From Rhabdothermincola salaria (GTDB taxonomy: Bacteria; Actinomycetota; Acidimicrobiia; Acidimicrobiales; Acidimicrobilacustridaceae): 64,000 nucleotides of DNA. The stretch spans positions 124,001-188,000 of the forward strand of contig NZ_JAJQXW010000001.1 of the NCBI RefSeq assembly GCF_021246445.1. The letters are read 5' to 3'. The translations under genes were made by a program, and so were the position numbers. This document shows positions 21,919 through 30,868 of this stretch, piece after piece (the stretch's first letter is position 1; the number at the start of each line of letters is the position of its first letter). A model generated the notes under the pieces. The model was given only the letters and a program-made list of their open reading frames with translations, was not told the origin of the DNA and did no database searches.

Positions 21919-23223
21919 GTGGAGTTCACCGCATCCGAGATCGCTCGCGTCGTCGGCGGCACCCTGGTCGGACCCGACGTCGAGGTCGACGGGGCCGGCA
22001 TCGACACGCGCACCCTCGGCGCCGGGCAGCTCTTCGTCCCGGTGGTGGGGGACCGCGACGGACACGACTTCATCCCCGCCGCCGTCGAGCGAGGTGCTGC
22101 GGCCGTCCTCACCTCGAGGGCGCCCCAGCCCGGCGTGGCCAGCATCGTCGTCGCCGATGCCGTCGAGGCCCTCACCGCGCTCGGTGGCCATGCCCGCGGG
22201 CGTCTGCCGGACCGGGTGGTGGGCATCACCGGGTCGGTCGGCAAGACCTCCACCAAGGACCTCGCGGCGGCCGCTCTCGGTCGCCGCTACGTGGTGGCGG
22301 CCAGCGAGAAGAGCTTCAACAACGAGCTGGGGGTGCCCCTCACGCTGATCAACGCCCCGAACGACACCGAGGTGGCGGTGATCGAGATGGGGGCGCGGGG
22401 GCACGGCCACATCGAAGCCCTCTGCCGGGTCGCCCGTCCCACCATCGCCGTGGTCACCGCGGTGGAGCTGGTGCACGCCGAAGGGATGGGGGGTCTCGAC
22501 GAGATCGCCCGGGCCAAGGGCGAGCTGCCGGCTTCCCTGCCTGCCGACGGGGTGGCGGTGCTGAACGCGGCCTACGACCGGGTGACGGCCATGGCGGCGC
22601 GCACCACGGCTCGGGTGGTCCGCTACGGGATCGGTACCGGTGAGGTGCGGGCGAGCGACGTCGCCGTCGACGACGAGCTGCGGGCCTCGTTCCTCCTCGA
22701 GTCCGAGTGGGGATCGGCGCGGGTGCGCCTCGGCGTGCGCGGCGAGCACCACGTGGGCAACGCCCTGGCGGCCGCGGCCGTGGCCCTGGTGAGCGACGTG
22801 CCCGTGGACGAGGTGGCCGAGGGCCTGGCCGAGGGGGCCCTGTCGCCGTGGCGCATGGAGCTGTCCACCGCACCCGGCGGCGCCCGCGTCCTCAACGACG
22901 CCTACAACGCCGGGCCGGCGTCGGTGGCTGCCGCGCTGCGGGCCCTGGCCCGCCTGGCCGCCGAGCGCCGCCACGCCGTGCTCGGTCCCATGGCCGAGCT
23001 CGGTGCCGAGGGCCCCGAGGAGCACCGCCGCATCGCCGCCCTGGCCGACGACCTCGGCATCGAGGTGGTGGCCTTCCAGACCGACGCCTACGGCCGGCCC
23101 CCGGTGTCCGACGTCCCCCAGGCCCTGGCCGCCCTGGGGGAGCTGGGACCCGGCGACGCCGTGCTGGTCAAGGGCAGCCGCGTCGCCGGGCTCGAGAAGG
23201 TGGCCGAGGCCATCCTGGGCTGA
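21919..23223 (+). CDS. murF: UDP-N-acetylmuramoyl-tripeptide--D-alanyl-D-alanine ligase
   Basis: DGHDF, GITGSVGKTSTK, SFNNELGVPLT, EMG, NDAYNA, LGPMAELG, VKGSR. Confidence 0.95.
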   Translation: MEFTASEIARVVGGTLVGPDVEVDGAGIDTRTLGAGQLFVPVVGDRDGHDFIPAAVERGAAAVLTSRAPQPGVASIVVADAVEALTALGGHARGRLPDRVVGITGSVGKTSTKDLAAAALGRRYVVAASEKSFNNELGVPLTLINAPNDTEVAVIEMGARGHGHIEALCRVARPTIAVVTAVELVHAEGMGGLDEIARAKGELPASLPADGVAVLNAAYDRVTAMAARTTARVVRYGIGTGEVRASDVAVDDELRASFLLESEWGSARVRLGVRGEHHVGNALAAAAVALVSDVPVDEVAEGLAEGALSPWRMELSTAPGGARVLNDAYNAGPASVAAALRALARLAAERRHAVLGPMAELGAEGPEEHRRIAALADDLGIEVVAFQTDAYGRPPVSDVPQALAALGELGPGDAVLVKGSRVAGLEKVAEAILG

Positions 23224-23301
23224 GGGGCGACGGCCAGAGCGGCTCCCGGTGCTCGTCGCCGTCGGCCACACTGGTGGCCGGCGAGAGGCGGTGGGGGTTC
23301 C

Positions 23302-25335
23302 GTGGTGATGGAACGCAGAGGCATGATCTGGCTGGTGGCGGTGGCCACCGGAGTGGTGGCGGCGGTCGTGGTGGGGCTGCTGGTCGTCGTCGTGGCCGGG
23401 GGCGACGACCCCATGGACGGCGCCCAGGAGGCGGCCGACGCGCTGGCCGTGGCGGTCCGGTCCGGTGACTTCACCTCGGTGCCCCTCCCCGTGGAGACAC
23501 CGGCCGCCGATGTCGCCGGGTCCTACGAGGCCATCACCGCCGGGTTGGGCGCCGGACCGTTGCGTCCCACGGCGGTCACCACGACGCCGGTGGTGGCCGA
23601 CGAGGACGAGACCACGGCCACCTTCGAGCTCGACTACCGCTGGTCCCTCGCCGACGGGGTCGAGTGGTCCTACGTCGCCCCGGCGGCGATCACCCGCGCC
23701 GACGGGGTGTGGACGGCCTCATGGACGCCGTCGACGGTGCACCCCGACATCGGCCCAGGGCAGGGCCTGCAGGCCGAGCGGGTGCCGGCCCCGCGCGGCA
23801 ACGTCCTGGGCGCCGGCGGGACGCCCCTGTTCAGCGAACAAGAGGTGGTGCGGGTGGGCATCGAGCCCCGTGCCACCGGTGGGACCCCCGAGCTGGGCGC
23901 CACCGACGAGCAGAAGGCGGCCATCTCCGACCAGGTGGCTGCGGCCGTCGGCGTGGACCCCGACACGCTGCGCCAGCGGGTGCTCACCGCCCCCGACGAC
24001 CAGTTGGTGGAGGCCATCCGCCTGCGACGCCCCGACTTCGAAGCCGTCCGCGCCGCCATCTTCGACCTGCCCGGGACCCGCTTCCCGGTGACCACGATGC
24101 TGCTGGCGCCCACCCCCGACTTCGCCCGGGGGGTGGTCGGCAGCGTCGGCCCCGCGACCGCGGAGGAGATCGAGCAGTCCGACGGTCGCATCCAGCCCGG
24201 CGACCTGGTCGGCAAGGGCGGGGTGCAGGCCGCCTACGACGAGCGCCTGGCCGGCAGCCCGGGCATCAGGGTGTCGGTGGTGCCCCTCCCGGGGGGCGAC
24301 GAGGCCTCCGCCGAGGAAGCCGCCGAGGACCCCGCCGCCTCGCCGGCGGGCGAGACCGGCACGACCGCGCCGGCAGGGGAGCCCGTCGAGGTCTTCTCGT
24401 CGCCCCCGGCGTCCGGAGCCGACGTCACCGTCACCCTCGACGAGTACGTCCAGCTCGCCGCCGACGCCGCCGTCGACGGGGCACCCCGGCCCACCTCCCT
24501 GGTGGCCATCCGACCCAGCACCGGCGAGGTCCTGGCCGCCAGCAACGGGGGCGAAGGCTCCGCCGGGCTCAACCAGGCCTTCCTCGGCCAGTTCCCGCCG
24601 GGCTCCACCTTCAAGGTGGTGTCCACCACCGCTCTGCTCGGCGCCGGGCTGTCGCCCGACGAGATCGTGCCCTGCCCGCCGCAGCTGAACGTCGGGGGCC
24701 GGGAGTTCGTCAACGCCGAGGGCGGTGCGCTCGGCGACGTCGCCTTCCGGGTCGACTTCGCCCAGTCCTGCAACACCGCGTTCGTGAGCCTCGCCGACCG
24801 GATCACCCAGGCCCAGCTGGCCGACGCCGCCGGTGCCCTCGGGCTGGCCGCGGAGTACCCGCTGGGCGTGCCCAACCGGGGCGGTGAGGTCCCTGAGGCC
24901 TCCGATGTGGTGGAGCAGGCGGCGTCCATGATCGGCCAGGGTCGGGTGGTCACCAGCCCCCTGGGCATGGCGGTGGTGGCCGCCAGCCTGGGCCAGGGCG
25001 CCACGGTCACGCCGTCGTTCGTGGTCGAGCCCGCGGTCGCCTCCGGGTCGGTGCCCCTCCCCCCGCTCGATCCCACCGTGGCCGCCACCGTGAAGGCCCT
25101 GATGGGTGACGTGGTCACGGGTGGCACCGCCACCGTGCTCGCCGACGTGCCCGGTGAAGCGGTGCACGCCAAGACCGGCACGGCCGAGTTCGGCACCGAG
25201 GTGCCGCCTCGCACCCACGCGTGGGTCATCGCCGTCCAGGGCGACCTCGCCGTCGCCGTGGTGGTGGAGGACGGTGGCTTCGGCGCCCAGGCGGCCGGCC
25301 CGATCGTGCGCGACTTCCTGACCGCGCTCAGCTGA
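23302..25335 (+). CDS. Penicillin-binding transpeptidase with NTF2-like (MecA_N) N-terminal domain
   Basis: N-terminal TM, PGSTFK (SxxK), SCN, KTG motifs; start uncertain. Confidence 0.9.
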   Translation: MVMERRGMIWLVAVATGVVAAVVVGLLVVVVAGGDDPMDGAQEAADALAVAVRSGDFTSVPLPVETPAADVAGSYEAITAGLGAGPLRPTAVTTTPVVADEDETTATFELDYRWSLADGVEWSYVAPAAITRADGVWTASWTPSTVHPDIGPGQGLQAERVPAPRGNVLGAGGTPLFSEQEVVRVGIEPRATGGTPELGATDEQKAAISDQVAAAVGVDPDTLRQRVLTAPDDQLVEAIRLRRPDFEAVRAAIFDLPGTRFPVTTMLLAPTPDFARGVVGSVGPATAEEIEQSDGRIQPGDLVGKGGVQAAYDERLAGSPGIRVSVVPLPGGDEASAEEAAEDPAASPAGETGTTAPAGEPVEVFSSPPASGADVTVTLDEYVQLAADAAVDGAPRPTSLVAIRPSTGEVLAASNGGEGSAGLNQAFLGQFPPGSTFKVVSTTALLGAGLSPDEIVPCPPQLNVGGREFVNAEGGALGDVAFRVDFAQSCNTAFVSLADRITQAQLADAAGALGLAAEYPLGVPNRGGEVPEASDVVEQAASMIGQGRVVTSPLGMAVVAASLGQGATVTPSFVVEPAVASGSVPLPPLDPTVAATVKALMGDVVTGGTATVLADVPGEAVHAKTGTAEFGTEVPPRTHAWVIAVQGDLAVAVVVEDGGFGAQAAGPIVRDFLTALS

Positions 25336-26674
25336 GCGCCGTGGCCCGCTCCCGGTCGGCCGGGTCGCGCAGGTCGGCGAACCACACCAGGAAGGCGGCC
25401 ACCACGGCCCCGACCATGACGATCACGGTGACGTCGGTGCGCTCGACCACCCAGCCGGCCACCAGACCGCCGATCGGCACGGTGCCGCCGAAGGCCATCA
25501 TCCACACGGCCAGCACCCGGCCCCGGACCCGATCGTCGAGGCGGTGCTGCAGCAGCGTGGACAACGAGGTGACGGCCGCGAAGTAGAAGAACCCGAGCAC
25601 GAGACCGATGGGGTAGGCGAGGGGGGCGGCGCGCACCAGGCCGTAAGCGGCGAGGAAGACGGCGAAGCCGGCGAGCGACCAGCGCAGCACCCGTTCCATC
25701 GGGCGGTTGGCGAAGACCGAGCCGATGGAGAGGGCCCCGGCCAGGGCCCCCACCCCGAACACGGCGTAGAGCACCCCGTAGGCCGTGCTCTTGGCCGGGA
25801 TGGCGAAGTTCTCCTCGGCGATCACCGGCATCTGGGTGAGGAAGGTGAGGGAGAAGAAGGAGAACAAGGTGACGGTGGCGACGGCCCGTCGGATGACCGG
25901 GTCGCGGCGCACGACGGCGAAGCCCTCGAGCACCCGCCGCAGCCCGGTGGCCTCGTCGGACCCACGGTGCAGGCGGGGCACCCGGATGCGCAGCATGGCC
26001 ACGATGATGAAGACGTAGGTGACGGCGTTGAGCAGGAACACCCACTGGGCCCCCACCCCGGCGTAGAGCAGGCCGCCGATCGCGGGACCGATGATCCGCG
26101 AGACGTTCATGTTGGCCGAGTTGAGGGCGATGGCCCCGCTGAGGTCACGACGCGGCACCAGGTTGGGCAGCAGCGAGGCGAAGGTCGGGTTCTGCAGGGC
26201 GTGGCCCGACCCGACGAGGAACACGGCGATCAGCAGGCCGACCCGCGACGGGTCGTCGCGGCCGGCGAGCACCGCCAGCACCACGGAGAAGGCCATCTGC
26301 CACACGGCCATGACGACGATCACCTTGCGACGGTCGAACGTGTCGGCCAGCGCCCCGCCGACGAGCGAGAACAACAGCTGCGGTCCGAGCTGGGCGAAGG
26401 TGACCAGGCCCACGTAGCCGGCGCTGCCGGTGAGGTTGTAGGCGAACGCCGCCATGACGACGTTCTGCATCCAGTTGCCCGTGTTGCTCAGGATCGAGCC
26501 GACGTAGACGATCCGGAACTGGCGGTTGCGCAGGGCCGAACGGATGGGGCTGCCGGTGACGGTGCGATCGCCGTCGACCAGGGCGTCCTCGACGTCCTCG
26601 GCGGTGTACCCCGGCTGGTGTTCGGGCGCGCCGTCGCCGGAGGCGTCGTCGGGCGGCAGGCGGCGGTCGAGCAT
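25328..26674 (-). CDS. MFS transporter (MFS_3/H+ antiporter-like)
   Basis: About 12 TM segments; SNTGNWMQ, GALADTFDRRK, ALNS...SRIIGPAIGG, RGRV. Confidence 0.9.
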   Translation of the reverse strand: MLDRRLPPDDASGDGAPEHQPGYTAEDVEDALVDGDRTVTGSPIRSALRNRQFRIVYVGSILSNTGNWMQNVVMAAFAYNLTGSAGYVGLVTFAQLGPQLLFSLVGGALADTFDRRKVIVVMAVWQMAFSVVLAVLAGRDDPSRVGLLIAVFLVGSGHALQNPTFASLLPNLVPRRDLSGAIALNSANMNVSRIIGPAIGGLLYAGVGAQWVFLLNAVTYVFIIVAMLRIRVPRLHRGSDEATGLRRVLEGFAVVRRDPVIRRAVATVTLFSFFSLTFLTQMPVIAEENFAIPAKSTAYGVLYAVFGVGALAGALSIGSVFANRPMERVLRWSLAGFAVFLAAYGLVRAAPLAYPIGLVLGFFYFAAVTSLSTLLQHRLDDRVRGRVLAVWMMAFGGTVPIGGLVAGWVVERTDVTVIVMVGAVVAAFLVWFADLRDPADRERATALS

Positions 26675-26717
26675 GGCCCGGCTCAGGCTAGGGGTGGCCC
26701 CGACGGCGGGGACAACC

Positions 26718-26906
26718 GGCACCCGCCGGACCGCTCACGAGGAGCGGGTGCCCCGACGCGGGACCGCCACCCCCTCGACCTCGCCCTGGTGCGGCCGAAC
26801 CCGGTGTCGAACCGGCGTCCCTTGCGGCGACGACATCGGTGCGCATCCGTTGGTTCGCAACTGGCGGGGAAGGAGTGGCGGTCACGGCCACGACCTCTTG
26901 TGCCCC
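26718..26906 (-). ncRNA. Candidate structured ncRNA (long rod with GNRA loop), unclassified
   Basis: Nested inverted repeats GACCGCCAC/GTGGCGGTC with G-U pairs on the minus strand only; apical CC-GCAA-GG; upstream TTGACA-17-GAGAGT; 3' hairpin GGCACCCGC/GCGGGTGCC. Confidence 0.4.
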
Positions 26907-26908
26907 TC

Positions 26909-26937
26909 ACTCTCCGCCCACTCCGCGAGGGTGTCAA
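26909..26937 (-). promoter_or_regulatory. Sigma70-type promoter
   Basis: TTGACA (26937-26932), 17-nt spacer, GAGAGT (26914-26909). Confidence 0.55.
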
Positions 26938-26970
26938 GGGTCACACGGGCGGAGCAGCAGCCCGAGGCGA

Positions 26971-27747
26971 TCAGACGCTGACGCAGTTGCTCTCGCCGAG
27001 GAGGCGCTGGGACACGACCTCGCTGTTGACGAGCAACTCGACCGCCACCTCGGGGTCCTCCGTGCCCGCCTCGACGATGGCGGCGACGGCGTCGCACAGT
27101 GCCACGCCGTCGACGTCGTCGCTGGTGTTGACCTCGAAGCTGACGAGCACCGATTCCTCACCGTTCAACATGCTGACCCCGACGCCGTTCTCGCTCACGT
27201 CCGACTCCTCGAGGGCATCCCGGAACGCCTCCGCCAACTCGGTGGTGTCGAGATCGCTCATGGCCGTGCCGGCGCCGGACGAGTCGCCGCCGTCGGCGGC
27301 ACCGGCTGGGGTGCCGTCATCGTTCGATGTCGACTCGTCGGCGGTGAAAGACGCCTCGAAGCCGCAGTTCTCGACCCCGTAGTCATCGATGGTCTCCGTC
27401 GCTGCCACGACATCGGGCGAGAAGGCGAGCTCGAGCATGGCGGCCATCGCGTCGGGGTCGTTCTCGTCGACGCCGGACACCTCTTCGGCAATCTGTTCCA
27501 TCTGTTGGAGTGCCGTCCGCAGGTCCTCGTCGGGGGCGTCATCGGCCAGAGCGGCGAACTCCGCCATGGTCTCGGGGTCGGCTTCCTCGTTCGCGAACGT
27601 GTCCTGGAACTGCTGGAGCCGGCTGCAGAACTCCTCGGGTGACGAAGCGGCGTCGCCACCCTCGTCGCTACCGCCACAGGACACGGCGAGAAGAGCCAGT
27701 AGAGCGACCGGAGCCACCAGAGCACGTTGTTTCGAACGTCGTTGCAT
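26971..27747 (-). CDS. Acidic putative lipoprotein of unknown function
   Basis: MQRRSKQR + hydrophobic + LAVS/C lipobox; FC...CG and a further Cys pair. Confidence 0.75.
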   Translation of the reverse strand: MQRRSKQRALVAPVALLALLAVSCGGSDEGGDAASSPEEFCSRLQQFQDTFANEEADPETMAEFAALADDAPDEDLRTALQQMEQIAEEVSGVDENDPDAMAAMLELAFSPDVVAATETIDDYGVENCGFEASFTADESTSNDDGTPAGAADGGDSSGAGTAMSDLDTTELAEAFRDALEESDVSENGVGVSMLNGEESVLVSFEVNTSDDVDGVALCDAVAAIVEAGTEDPEVAVELLVNSEVVSQRLLGESNCVSV

Positions 27748-28006
27748 CGATGCAACGTAGATGACATTTTGCCAGCTATCGCTATCGGGGTTCCGTAGCG
27801 AGGCGCGTTGAACTCGTGCGAGGACGACGATGGGACGTGTCGCTGCCGCGCAGCGTTTCAGCGCATGCCGCCATCGAACGGGCGGCGAGTGTTTGTGCTT
27901 CCTACCCAGCCACCACGGCTGCACCCGCAGGTCGTCCTGGCCGAAGAGACCTCGGACCGAGCTCGGTACGGGTGGCACCCAGGGACAGGCCAGCAGGGGA
28001 TCCTCG

Positions 28007-28120
28007 TTACATGGGCATGGGGTCGGGTGTCGGGTCTGGTGGCGGCGTCGGCTCCGGGTTGTCGGGGACCGGGGGCTCGGGCGGGTTCGGGGGATGGGGT
28101 ACCGGGGTGGGATCGGTCAT
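28007..28120 (-). CDS. Putative 37-aa proline-rich peptide
   Basis: MTDPTPVPHPPNPPEPPVPDNPEPTPPPDPTPDPMPM*; GGGTA-10nt-ATG upstream; below the ORF-track cutoff. Confidence 0.45.
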   Translation of the reverse strand: MTDPTPVPHPPNPPEPPVPDNPEPTPPPDPTPDPMPM

Positions 28121-28195
28121 GCCTGCTTCCTACCCGGGCATTCCGCAGCGCAGCCGGGCGTGGGACCGGCCGCTGCACCGGTTCTCCTTGCCGCA

Positions 28196-28705
28196 TCAGT
28201 CGACGACGAGCCGGGCTGCACCGGTACCTCGCACGACCACGGCGTCGTCGAGGCCGGGCAGTGCCTTGGCGAAGATGTAGGGCACTCGCCGGATCAGGCG
28301 GACCTCGACGGTGCCGTCGGGCGTCAACGTGACCGACGGTGGTGCTGCGAGGTCGTCGAGCAGGCCCTTGGCGTCGAGCGAGGCGATGACGGCGTGCTCG
28401 GCCCGGGAGGCGTCGATGACGGTGCCGCCGCCGGCGCGCAGGACCCCTTGGTCGATGCCGAGCGTGGCGGCGTCGTTGGCGGCGTCACCGGCGGCCGCGA
28501 TCAGCTCGCGCTGGCCCAGGCGCACCGCGGTGAGGTCGACGGTGATGGCCCCGAGGAGCAGCATGATCAGCACCGCGGCCGGCATCAACATGAGCACGCT
28601 GCCGCGATCGGCGTGGCCGGCCGGGTCGTCGGCACCGCTCCGGGGTCCGGCCCGAGCTGTCGCGTCACGGCGTGAGGAGCGGGGGGCTCCCCGGAGGTTC
28701 AACAC
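28196..28705 (-). CDS. TadG-like pseudopilin
   Basis: DRG/SVLMLMPAAVLIMLLLGAITVDL...RELIAAAGDAANDAA; position in tad operon. Confidence 0.75.
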   Translation of the reverse strand: MLNLRGAPRSSRRDATARAGPRSGADDPAGHADRGSVLMLMPAAVLIMLLLGAITVDLTAVRLGQRELIAAAGDAANDAATLGIDQGVLRAGGGTVIDASRAEHAVIASLDAKGLLDDLAAPPSVTLTPDGTVEVRLIRRVPYIFAKALPGLDDAVVVRGTGAARLVVD

Positions 28706-29190
28706 GATGCCTCGCCCGGCAGCCCCGACCGGTAGGGGTCGACGACCTCGCTCTGGCGGGCGACGACGTCGAACGCCGCGCCGTAGCCGCCGATCCATGG
28801 GAGGGCGAGGGCGGGCACCGGGTAGTGCACAGTCACGACGGCCCGGGTGCAGCGTCCGTAGGGCCGTCCGTCGGGGTGCTCGATGTGCACTGTGGCCCGG
28901 GCCCCGTTGCGCCCGTGGCCCTCGATGCTGGCGCGGGCGGCGGCGTCGGCGGCGGCCAGGGCGCTCGCCGCGTCGGGCGCCTCGACGTACGCGCGCACCG
29001 CTTCGCGAGCGGCACTGGTGACCGCCAGCTTGGCGTCGACGACGCCCCACGCGTTGGCCACCAGCAGCGATCCGATGACGAACACGAGGATCCCGAAGGG
29101 CAGGACCTCGATGCCGCCGACCTGACCCCGGTCGTCCCGCCAGTCGACCCGTCGGCCGGCTCGGTCGGGGCCGGTCGGGCACCGGCTCAT
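28699..29190 (-). CDS. TadE-like pseudopilin
   Basis: DDRG/QVGGIEVLPFGILVFV...VTSAAREAVR. Confidence 0.75.
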   Translation of the reverse strand: MSRCPTGPDRAGRRVDWRDDRGQVGGIEVLPFGILVFVIGSLLVANAWGVVDAKLAVTSAAREAVRAYVEAPDAASALAAADAAARASIEGHGRNGARATVHIEHPDGRPYGRCTRAVVTVHYPVPALALPWIGGYGAAFDVVARQSEVVDPYRSGLPGEASC

Positions 29191-29648
29191 CGCAGGGCCT
29201 CCACCCGGACGTGCACGGTGCGTTCGACGAGGGCGGAACCGGGGCCGCGCAGGGCGGCCCAGAGGAACCCGGGCGGGTGGGCGCGGACGCGCAGGGCGAC
29301 CGTCTCGGCGGTCGATCCGGACCAGTCGAGTTCGACGGTGTCGCCGAAACGCCCCAACAGCCGGCGCACCTCCGCCTCGGCCCGAACCCGGGCGTCGGCG
29401 ACGGCGCCGGGGCTCGAGTGGTCGACCCGGGCTCCAGCGACCATCCGGGCTCCCTCGTGGGCGGCTTCGGTCACCACCGATCGCGTGTACAGGCCCACGA
29501 GGGTCTGCACCGCGAACAAGAGCAGGGCGAGGAAGACCAGCAGCCCGCTGATGGCCCCGATCAAGCCCGCCCCCCGATCGGTGGTGCCCCCCACCGGGAT
29601 GGCCCGGCCAGGTGGGGAGGCACCGATCGTCCAGCGGCGGCGGGTCAC
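29187..29648 (-). CDS. TadE-like pseudopilin
   Basis: DRG/AGLIGAISGLLVFLALLLFAVQ...VTEAAHEGAR. Confidence 0.72.
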   Translation of the reverse strand: MTRRRWTIGASPPGRAIPVGGTTDRGAGLIGAISGLLVFLALLLFAVQTLVGLYTRSVVTEAAHEGARMVAGARVDHSSPGAVADARVRAEAEVRRLLGRFGDTVELDWSGSTAETVALRVRAHPPGFLWAALRGPGSALVERTVHVRVEALR

Positions 29649-29908
29649 TCCGAGCCGATCTGCTCGATTTTGGTGTTGGTGGTCGACTCCGTGGACTTCC
29701 ACATCTGTTGGAAGCCGATCCACATGGCTGCACCGAGGAACGCCATGATCAACACGGCGATGGCCGCAGAGATCACGCCCTCCCCGAGGTCGCCTCGGGC
29801 CCGGCCGCGTGGGCGCGGGGCCAGACCGACGGCACGCGGTGGGGCGCTGTGCCGGGCGAGCAGGGCCCCATGGGCCCACTGCAGGGTTGTCAGCGGAGTG
29901 ATGGACAT
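29645..29908 (-). CDS. Flp-like major pilin (atypical)
   Basis: 87 aa; DLG/EGVISAAIAVLIMAFLGAAMW single TM plus short helical tail, between tadC and tadE; GAAAGG RBS-like sequence. Confidence 0.7.
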   Translation of the reverse strand: MSITPLTTLQWAHGALLARHSAPPRAVGLAPRPRGRARGDLGEGVISAAIAVLIMAFLGAAMWIGFQQMWKSTESTTNTKIEQIGSE

Positions 29909-29953
29909 GACGGGACTGCCTTTCTGTCGGTACTGCTGGAGGAAGGACCGGTC

Positions 29954-30868
29954 TCAGCCGGAGGTGAACAGCTGCATGGCTTCGATGAAGGGGACGGCGA
30001 GGAACAGCACGCCGGGCAGCAAGGTGGCGACGGTGACCGGGATCCAGACCTGCTGGCCCCGGCGTTCGATCGCCTCGATGAGCTCGCGATGGACGTCCGC
30101 TCGCAGCGATCGGGCCTCCTCGGAGATCAGGTGCCCGAGGTCGGACGCCTCCCGGTTGAGGGCGAGCACGGCGACGAGGCGGTCCACCGCGGGGAGGCGG
30201 GCGACGGTCGCCCATTCGCGCAGCGCCGCCACGTCGTCGAGTCCCTGCTGGACCCGGCCGACGACGCCGCGGAGATCGTGAGCGACCGCCCCGCTGCTGC
30301 GTTGCGACAGCCGGGTGAGGGCAGCACCGAGCGAGTAGCCGGCGGACAGCAACATGCCGAGCTGTTCGCTGACGACGGGGAGCTCGAGGAAGAGGCGGTG
30401 CTGCCACGCCGCGGACGCACGGGCGAGTTGCTGCTCGACGACGAGGAAGGCGAGCAGCGGTGCACCGAGGACGGCCAGCACGACGAGTGCGACCGGTGGG
30501 CGGACCGCGGCGACGAGCACCACGACGAGGCCGAAGGCCCCGACGACCCAGCCCAGCTGTCGGAGGCGGAAGGCGGTGGGATCGAGGGGGGAGTGGACGC
30601 GTCGGAGTCGCAGGCTCAGCTCCTCGGACACCCCGAAGAGGCGAGCCAGCGTGGCGCCACCCGAACGAGCCAGAGGCCCGAGCACGTCGACGACGGAGTG
30701 GGCCCAGCCGCCCGGCGAGCGAAGTGCCCGGTTCGGTCCCGCCGCGCCGGGCACGTAGGGCCGCAGTCGCTCGGCGAGGGAGACGCGGCGGAACCAGCGG
30801 TGGTTCGACAGCAGCAGCGCCGTGCCGATCCATGTGGCGAGGGCGGCGGGGACGACGAGCCGCGTCAT
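29954..30868 (-). CDS. tadC: Tad inner-membrane platform protein TadC (T2SS F family)
   Basis: ELPVVSEQLGMLLSAGYSLGAAL...C-terminal TM IPVTVATLLPG. Confidence 0.82.
   Translation of the reverse strand: MTRLVVPAALATWIGTALLLSNHRWFRRVSLAERLRPYVPGAAGPNRALRSPGGWAHSVVDVLGPLARSGGATLARLFGVSEELSLRLRRVHSPLDPTAFRLRQLGWVVGAFGLVVVLVAAVRPPVALVVLAVLGAPLLAFLVVEQQLARASAAWQHRLFLELPVVSEQLGMLLSAGYSLGAALTRLSQRSSGAVAHDLRGVVGRVQQGLDDVAALREWATVARLPAVDRLVAVLALNREASDLGHLISEEARSLRADVHRELIEAIERRGQQVWIPVTVATLLPGVLFLAVPFIEAMQLFTSG

Noticed and set aside
26810..26845. SRP RNA (CC-GNAA-GG apical loop)
   Set aside because: Lacks the conserved CAGG/AGCAG internal loop of SRP helix 8.
26787..26891. tRNA/tmRNA-like 3' end on the minus strand (CCGG-TTCGACA-CCGG...ACCA)
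   Set aside because: No D arm or anticodon arm, acceptor geometry is wrong, and it is far too short for tmRNA; the long-rod fold explains the pairings better.
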